This document shows, piece after piece, positions 58,526 to 64,000 of a stretch of DNA of 64,000 bases (position 1 is the first letter of the stretch; each line of letters starts with the position of its first letter). This stretch comes from Deltaproteobacteria bacterium. Its GTDB lineage: Bacteria > Myxococcota > Kuafuiibacteriia > Kuafuiibacteriales > Kuafuiibacteriaceae. The position numbers were made by a program, and so were the translations under genes. The DNA lies in assembly GCA_020632995.1 (NCBI GenBank), contig JACKEN010000001.1, positions 265,140 to 329,139 on the forward strand, written 5' to 3'. Under the pieces are notes generated by a model, which had not been told where the DNA came from, made no database searches, and saw only the letters and a program-made list of their open reading frames with translations.

Positions 58526-60504
58526 GCGAAGACGGCTCCGGCCCCACCGACATGAAGCTCGGGCCCGCGGTGCGGCGGCCCGACGCGGGGCGGGTGGTGC
58601 CCCAGGCGCCCGACGCGCGGGGGCCCGAGGAGCTCCGCTCGGACCTGTTCGAGCGCATCGACGTGGCGGCCTCGGTCAAAACCCAGCCGGTGAGCCCGGG
58701 GGCGGCGCGCCGCCCGCTGTACCGCGCGGACCCCGACCGCGTGCTCCGGGTGCTGAGCGCCAACCAGTTCGAGGACCCCTTCCTCGCGTTCCGGGAGCTG
58801 TACGCCAACGCCCTCGACGCGGTGCGGGGCCGGCGCGACCCGAAGATCGAGCTCAAGGTGGCGGCGGACCGGGTGGTGGTCGAGGACAACGGCACCGGCC
58901 TCGACGAGCCGGGCATCGAGGCGCTCACCACGCTCGGCATGTCGACCCGCCGGGGGCGCGACGCGATCGGGCGCTTCGGCATCGGCTTCGCGTCGATCTT
59001 CGATCCGAGCCTCGGGGTGCAGCGGGTGGACTTCCACGCGGTGCGCTACGGGCTGGACGAGGGGATCCTGATCCGCTTCCTCCCCGACGTGAGCGGCGGC
59101 GTCTCCATCCGGGTGGAGGACGCCCCGGTGCCCCGCTGCGGCGGCAGCCACCTCGAGGTCTGCTTCGACGCCGGGCGCGCCCCCGAAGACCGGGTGGCCC
59201 GCGCGGTGGAGGTGTTCGAGACCCACGCCGCGTACTCCGGCGTGCACACCGAGCTCAACGGCCGCCCCCTCGGCAAGGAGCTGTCCGACTACATCCGGGC
59301 CGAGATCGCGCACGGCGAGTGGAGCGCGGTGGAGCGGGCCCTGGTGGCGGCGAGCGCGGTGAAGGGGCCGGTGGGGGTGGCGGCGATCGACCCGTCCCGC
59401 GCCGAGTCCAAGTTCCGGGTGTACCAGCGCGGCCTCTTCGTGTGCGAGATCCCGCTCGCCCGGGTGCAGGGCAAGCCGTGGCCGCGCGGGGTGTTCGGCG
59501 CGGCCCAGGCCGAGGGCCTCGAGCTCGTGGCCAGCCGCAACGCCTTCGTCGAGAACGAGCGCTACCAGCGCTTCCAGGAGGAGCTCCGCAGGCTGGCTTA
59601 CGAAGCGGCCTATCGGGTGGTGCGCTACTACGAGCAGAGCAAGGACACCTACGCCCGCATCGTGCTCCTCGACGCGCTCCGCCGCGGCCTCAGGAGCGCC
59701 ACCCCCGAGAGCCTGATGGCGGAGTCCGAGGACCTCTTCTCGTCCGCGGTGGTGCGCTCGCCCCTGTTCTCGGCCTGGGGGCAGAAGAAGATGTTCTCGT
59801 TCGAGGAGCTGGTGGCGCTCAAGCAGGCCGACCGCTTCCGGGCGCTCTCGTACCGCCCCGCGTGGCGCGACAAGGAGGGCGGGCCGATCCTGCGGGCCGA
59901 CGACTCGATCGAGCGGGACATCTTCCGCAAGCTGTCCGGCATGCGCGAGATGCCGGCGGCGGCGCGGGCGGAGGAGATCGCGTCCCCCACCTTCTTCTCG
60001 CGGGTGCGCGACAAGCTGATGAGCGGGCCCCGGGCGGAGTACTCGCTCTTCCAGCGCCCGGTCGACGCCAAGGACGTGCCCGAGGGGACCCGGAAGCTGG
60101 TGCAGGCGCTCGAGGCCTTCATGGCCACCGAGGAGGTGGCGGAGGCCCTGGCCCGGCTCCTCCCCGGCGCGCTGCCTCACCTCGGCTACGGCCGCAGCAC
60201 CAACGCCTTCGGGCCGGTGGCGGCCTACCGGATGGGCGAGATCCGCTTCAACGTGGCGCACCGGGCGGTGCGCCGGCTCTCGAAGGGCACCGACGCCAAG
60301 CTGGGGGCCCGGGCCCTGCTCCCGGTGCTGGCCCACGAGCTCGCCCACATGTGCCACGAGCTCCACGACCTCGACTTCTATCGCACCAGCCGGGCCATCC
60401 TGCGGGCCCTGGCGGTGGCGGCGGCCAAGGTGGACGCCCGGGAGCTGTCCCCCGAGATGCCCACGATGGGCATCCAGCGCTTCCGGACCGAACCGGGGGT
60501 GTAG
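58522..60504 (+). CDS. Hsp90/HtpG-N-like GHKL ATPase domain protein (paralogue 2) with a C-terminal HELAH (HExxH-like) motif
   Basis: ELYANALDA, VEDNGTGLD and GRFGIGFAS are the GHKL boxes. The GTG start overlaps the upstream TGA (GTGA). The C-terminus carries LAHELAHMCHELHD. Confidence 0.65.
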   Translation: MSEDGSGPTDMKLGPAVRRPDAGRVVPQAPDARGPEELRSDLFERIDVAASVKTQPVSPGAARRPLYRADPDRVLRVLSANQFEDPFLAFRELYANALDAVRGRRDPKIELKVAADRVVVEDNGTGLDEPGIEALTTLGMSTRRGRDAIGRFGIGFASIFDPSLGVQRVDFHAVRYGLDEGILIRFLPDVSGGVSIRVEDAPVPRCGGSHLEVCFDAGRAPEDRVARAVEVFETHAAYSGVHTELNGRPLGKELSDYIRAEIAHGEWSAVERALVAASAVKGPVGVAAIDPSRAESKFRVYQRGLFVCEIPLARVQGKPWPRGVFGAAQAEGLELVASRNAFVENERYQRFQEELRRLAYEAAYRVVRYYEQSKDTYARIVLLDALRRGLRSATPESLMAESEDLFSSAVVRSPLFSAWGQKKMFSFEELVALKQADRFRALSYRPAWRDKEGGPILRADDSIERDIFRKLSGMREMPAAARAEEIASPTFFSRVRDKLMSGPRAEYSLFQRPVDAKDVPEGTRKLVQALEAFMATEEVAEALARLLPGALPHLGYGRSTNAFGPVAAYRMGEIRFNVAHRAVRRLSKGTDAKLGARALLPVLAHELAHMCHELHDLDFYRTSRAILRALAVAAAKVDARELSPEMPTMGIQRFRTEPGV

Positions 60505-60553
60505 GCAGATCTGACGAGGCCTTTACCGGCCGCGAAATACGCCGAACAATGCC

Positions 60554-62317
60554 GTGGGTATGTCCGCCTGGGACCGCTTGGACGCCTGGCTGAACCCGGG
60601 TGCTGCCCCGTCCGCGGACGAGCGTCGTCAGCGTCGGCTCCTGTTCAGCATGAGCGTCAGCCTGTTGGCAGGCGCGTCGTTGGTGCTGGCCCTGCACCTG
60701 TCCCTCGGCAACACCGCGCTCGCCGGAGCCTTCGGGTTGCTGGTGATCCTGGGGGCGGCCTCGGTGGTGGGCCTCAGGCGCTCCACCTCGAGGCTGGTCG
60801 CCCACCTCGTGCCGCTGCAGGTCTTCCTCGCCGCTACCCTCATCAACTACGCCAACGATGGCCTGGGCTACCCGTCCTTCTTCGCCCTCGTGCTTGCCCC
60901 TCAGGTGGCGTTCCTCCTCGACGGCGCCCGGTCCGGGGTGATCTTCGCGGTGCTCTCGGGGTTGGAGATGGTCTACCTGGCCGCGGTGCATCCAGACCCC
61001 GCCGCGGTGTCCCAGCGGCCAGGGTGGGCCACCATGACGCTCGTGGGGGGCACGGCGGTCCTGGTCATGGTGAGCGGCCTGACCTGGGCCTACGAGGCCC
61101 TCAAGACCAGCACCGTGCGCGAGCTCGAGCAGGAGCGGGAGCGGGCGCGCCAGGCCAACGCGGCCAAGGGCGAGTTCCTCGCCAACATCAGCCACGAGAT
61201 CCGGACCCCGATGAACGGGGTCCTCGGCATGCTGGAGCTGATGCAACAAGACTTGCAAGGCGAGCACCGCGACATGGCGAGCACTGCGGTCCGCTCGGCC
61301 CGCTCGCTCTTGGCCCTGTTGGGCGACGTGCTCGACATGTCGAAGCTCGAGGCGGGGGCGCTCGAGCTCGAGGCCCGTCGGGTGGACCTGGTGGACCTGG
61401 TCACCGGCGCCGCCGCCCTCTTCGAGGAGGCGGCCAGGAAGCGTGGCCTCCGCATGCAGGTGGAGGCTCCGGCGCCGAGCGCGGTGCCCCATGTCCTCGG
61501 TGACCCGGTGCGGCTGCGCCAGGTGCTCCACAACCTCCTGGGGAACGCGGTGAAGTTCACCGAGGCGGGGGAGGTGACGGCGCGCCTGGTGGCGGAGCGC
61601 GTGCAGGACGACCTGCAGGTGAGCGTGATCATCGAGGACACCGGCTGCGGGATCCCGCCCGACCGCCTGGAGCTGGTCTTCGAGCGCTTCCGCCAGGGCG
61701 ACGGCTCCACCACCCGGCGCTTCGGGGGGACCGGCCTGGGGCTCGCCATCAGCCGCGATCTCGCGGTGCGCATGGGCGGCACCCTCGAGGTCAAGAGCAC
61801 GGTGGGCGAGGGGAGCCGCTTCACCCTGCGGCTCCGCCTGCCGGTGGCCGGCCCCGGCGCCCCGCCCAGCTCCGGCATGACGATGGACGTCCCCATCCGG
61901 GTCGTCCCGCGCCCCGACGGCGGGCAGGCCCTGCCGGTGCTCGTGGTCGAGGACGACGCGGTGAACCGCCTCGTCTGCACCAAGATGCTCGAGCGCCTCG
62001 GGGTCCGCTACCGGGCGGTCGAGAACGGGGCCGAGGCGGTCGACGCGGTGGCGGCCGAGCCCTTCTCCCTCGTCCTGATGGACTGCCACATGCCGGTGAT
62101 GGACGGCTTCGAGGCCACCCGCCGCATCCGCGGCACGGCCGGCGACTCGGGCCAGACCCCGATCGTGGCCCTGACCGCGCTCGCGGTGGTCGGCGATCGC
62201 GAGCGCTGCATCGAGGCGGGGATGGACGACTTCCTCTCGAAGCCGATCAGCCAGCGGGCGCTGGCCCAGATGCTCGAGCAGTTCTCGGTCCTCAGTACCG
62301 ATAGTGCTCCGGCTTGA
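60554..62317 (+). CDS. Hybrid sensor histidine kinase/response regulator with a six-TM N-terminal sensor (HisKA, HATPase_c, REC)
   Basis: The H-box is FLANISHEIRTPMNG. The ATPase boxes are NLLGNAVKFT, DTGCGI and GGTGLGLAI. The receiver is VLVVEDDAVNRL...LVLMDCHMPVMDG...SKP. Confidence 0.85.
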   Translation: MGMSAWDRLDAWLNPGAAPSADERRQRRLLFSMSVSLLAGASLVLALHLSLGNTALAGAFGLLVILGAASVVGLRRSTSRLVAHLVPLQVFLAATLINYANDGLGYPSFFALVLAPQVAFLLDGARSGVIFAVLSGLEMVYLAAVHPDPAAVSQRPGWATMTLVGGTAVLVMVSGLTWAYEALKTSTVRELEQERERARQANAAKGEFLANISHEIRTPMNGVLGMLELMQQDLQGEHRDMASTAVRSARSLLALLGDVLDMSKLEAGALELEARRVDLVDLVTGAAALFEEAARKRGLRMQVEAPAPSAVPHVLGDPVRLRQVLHNLLGNAVKFTEAGEVTARLVAERVQDDLQVSVIIEDTGCGIPPDRLELVFERFRQGDGSTTRRFGGTGLGLAISRDLAVRMGGTLEVKSTVGEGSRFTLRLRLPVAGPGAPPSSGMTMDVPIRVVPRPDGGQALPVLVVEDDAVNRLVCTKMLERLGVRYRAVENGAEAVDAVAAEPFSLVLMDCHMPVMDGFEATRRIRGTAGDSGQTPIVALTALAVVGDRERCIEAGMDDFLSKPISQRALAQMLEQFSVLSTDSAPA

Positions 62318-63689
62318 AGGGGCCCTCGAGCGGCACCCCCATGTACGCGGCCTGGGCCGGGGTGAGCGTCGACAGCGCCGCCCCCAGGTGCGGCAGGTGG
62401 AGCCGCGCGACCTCCTCGTCGAGCGCCTTCGGGAGGCGGTGCACCCCCACCTCGTGTCGCCGCTGCCACAGGGCGAGCTGGGCGAGCACCTGGTTGGTGA
62501 AGCTGCACGACATCACGAAGGCGGGGTGGCCGGTGGCGCAGGCCAGGTTGACGAGCCGACCTTCGGCGAGCAGGTAGATCGCCTTGCCGTCCGCGAACGT
62601 GTAGCGGTCGACCCCCGGCTTCACCGCCTCGCGGGTCACCCCCGGAGCGGCGTTCAGGGCCGCCACCTGGATCTCGCAGTCGAAGTGCCCGATGTTGGCC
62701 ACCACCGCGCCGCGCTTGGCCCGCGCGAGGTGGGCCACCGTCACCACGTCGCGGTTCCCGGTGGCGGTGACGATGAAGTCGGCGTGGGGGAGGGCGGCCT
62801 CGAGGGTCACCACCCGGTAGCCGCTCATGGCCGCCTGGAGGGCGCACAGCGGGTCCACCTCGGTGACCCACACCTGGCACCGGTGGGCGGCGAGGGCCTC
62901 GGCGCAGCCCTTGCCGACGTCGCCGAAGCCGCAGACCACCGCCACCTTCCCGCTCAGCATCAGGTCGGTGGCCCGCTTGAGGGCGTCGACCAGGGACTCC
63001 CGGCAGCCGTAGATGTTGTCGAGCTTGCTCTTGGTCACCGAGTCGTTGACGTTGATCGCCGGCACCCGCAGGCCACCTTGCGCGAACAGCGCCTCGAGGC
63101 GCCGCACCCCGGTGGTGGTCTCCTCGCTCACCCCCTTCAGGCGGGCGAGGGCGCGCCCGAAGAAGCCGGGGGTGGCGGCGAGGCGCGCCTCGATCTGCAA
63201 CCAGCCCTGCCGCTCGTCCTCGCCCTCGGCCTCGGGGCGGGGCTCGCCCGCCTCCCGACGGGCCCCGGCGTGCAGGTACCAGGTGGCGTCGCCCCCGTCG
63301 TCCACGATGAGGTCGGGGCCCTCGCCGTCGGGGAACACCAGGGCGCGGTCCAACAGGCGCCAGTAGGTGGCGAGATCCACGCCCTTCTTGGCGAAGATCG
63401 GGAGGCCCGCGGCGGCGAGGGCGGCGGCCGCGGGGTCGTGGGTGGAGAACACGTTGCAGGACGCCCAGCGCACCTCGGCCCCGAGCGCCACCAGGGTCTC
63501 GGCGAGGACCGCGGTCTCCACCGTGGCGTGCAGGCTCCCGCTGATCCGCGCCCCCGCGAGGGGCGGGTCGCCCTGGTGGCGGCGGCGCAGGGCCATCAGC
63601 CCCGGCATCTCCGCCTCGGCCTGGCGGATGGCCTCGCGGCCGGCCGCGGCCTGCTGGATGTCGGCGATTTCGTACTCGTGCTCGGACAT
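62292..63689 (-). CDS. ahcY: Adenosylhomocysteinase
   Basis: MSEHEYEIADI is the N-terminus. Conserved SAHH core motifs are present, with an NAD-binding GxGxxG region. A strong AAGGAG RBS lies before the ATG at 63689. Confidence 0.9.
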   Translation of the reverse strand: MSEHEYEIADIQQAAAGREAIRQAEAEMPGLMALRRRHQGDPPLAGARISGSLHATVETAVLAETLVALGAEVRWASCNVFSTHDPAAAALAAAGLPIFAKKGVDLATYWRLLDRALVFPDGEGPDLIVDDGGDATWYLHAGARREAGEPRPEAEGEDERQGWLQIEARLAATPGFFGRALARLKGVSEETTTGVRRLEALFAQGGLRVPAINVNDSVTKSKLDNIYGCRESLVDALKRATDLMLSGKVAVVCGFGDVGKGCAEALAAHRCQVWVTEVDPLCALQAAMSGYRVVTLEAALPHADFIVTATGNRDVVTVAHLARAKRGAVVANIGHFDCEIQVAALNAAPGVTREAVKPGVDRYTFADGKAIYLLAEGRLVNLACATGHPAFVMSCSFTNQVLAQLALWQRRHEVGVHRLPKALDEEVARLHLPHLGAALSTLTPAQAAYMGVPLEGPFKPEHYRY

Positions 63690-63783
63690 GGGGGCTCCTT
63701 CGCGTGCGTCGGGCGCACGCGGGCTGGGCGGACCCGGAGGTCCGCGGTTCATGCAGGACTGGTTGCGGGCGGGGCCGGCGGCC

Positions 63784-64000
63784 TCAGGCGTCCAGCACCA
63801 CCACCCCGTGGGCGTCGACGCCCTCGGTGACCCGGGCGGTGGCGCCGATCCCGTCCGGGCAGCGCTCCGCTACCCTGGCGAGCAAAGTGAAGGCGGTGTT
63901 GACGGGCGCCCCGAGGATGTCGAGCGCCGCGTAGTCGGGGTGGCCGATCGTGCCGAGGTAGATCTCGCCCGCGTCGAGGGCCACCACCAGGCCGGGGTGA
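63784..64000 (-). CDS. C-terminal end of a class III adenylate/guanylate cyclase (CHD) domain protein, 3'-fragment. The gene continues beyond the right window edge.
   Basis: GEIYLGTIGHPDYAALDILGAPVNTAFTLLA resembles the C-terminal G.iG...D..G..VN.AaRL motif of nucleotidyl cyclases. Confidence 0.4.
   Translation of the reverse strand, partial: HPGLVVALDAGEIYLGTIGHPDYAALDILGAPVNTAFTLLARVAERCPDGIGATARVTEGVDAHGVVVLDA

Overview
The window is a very high-GC (about 70%) chromosomal segment whose gene content is typical of a myxobacterium (Myxococcota). It has many Ser/Thr kinases, WD40 and HEAT repeats, PPC domains, Cys-rich repeat lipoproteins and a multihaem cytochrome. I call about 42 protein-coding genes and two tRNAs, tRNA-Met(CAT) and tRNA-Leu(CAG). 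No rRNA, CRISPR array, transposase or integrase is visible. Many long ORFs in the six-frame track are alternative-frame or antisense artefacts of the GC content and are rejected as a class below. Housekeeping genes are serS, tyrS, nfi (endonuclease V), ahcY and an SNF2-family helicase. Features worth a second look, roughly in order of interest:
- A low-GC island of about 4.6 kb (48.28-52.85 kb) with four genes of unknown function. They include a protein with a divergent diadenylate-cyclase-like (DAC) C-terminal domain, translationally coupled to an unknown partner, next to a membrane protein with a HELGH zinc-protease motif.
- A decahaem c-type cytochrome lipoprotein with an N-terminal collagen-like Gly-X-Y stalk encoded by an 11-unit 9-bp tandem repeat.
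- A Ser/Thr kinase followed by two translationally coupled paralogous Hsp90/GHKL-type ATPase proteins.
- A three-gene flotillin operon (NfeD-like, flotillin, 1755-aa AAA_5-type ATPase).
- A bacterial calpain-like cysteine protease.
- A neutral-ceramidase-like lipoprotein.
- A lipoprotein with Cys-rich repeats and four PPC domains.
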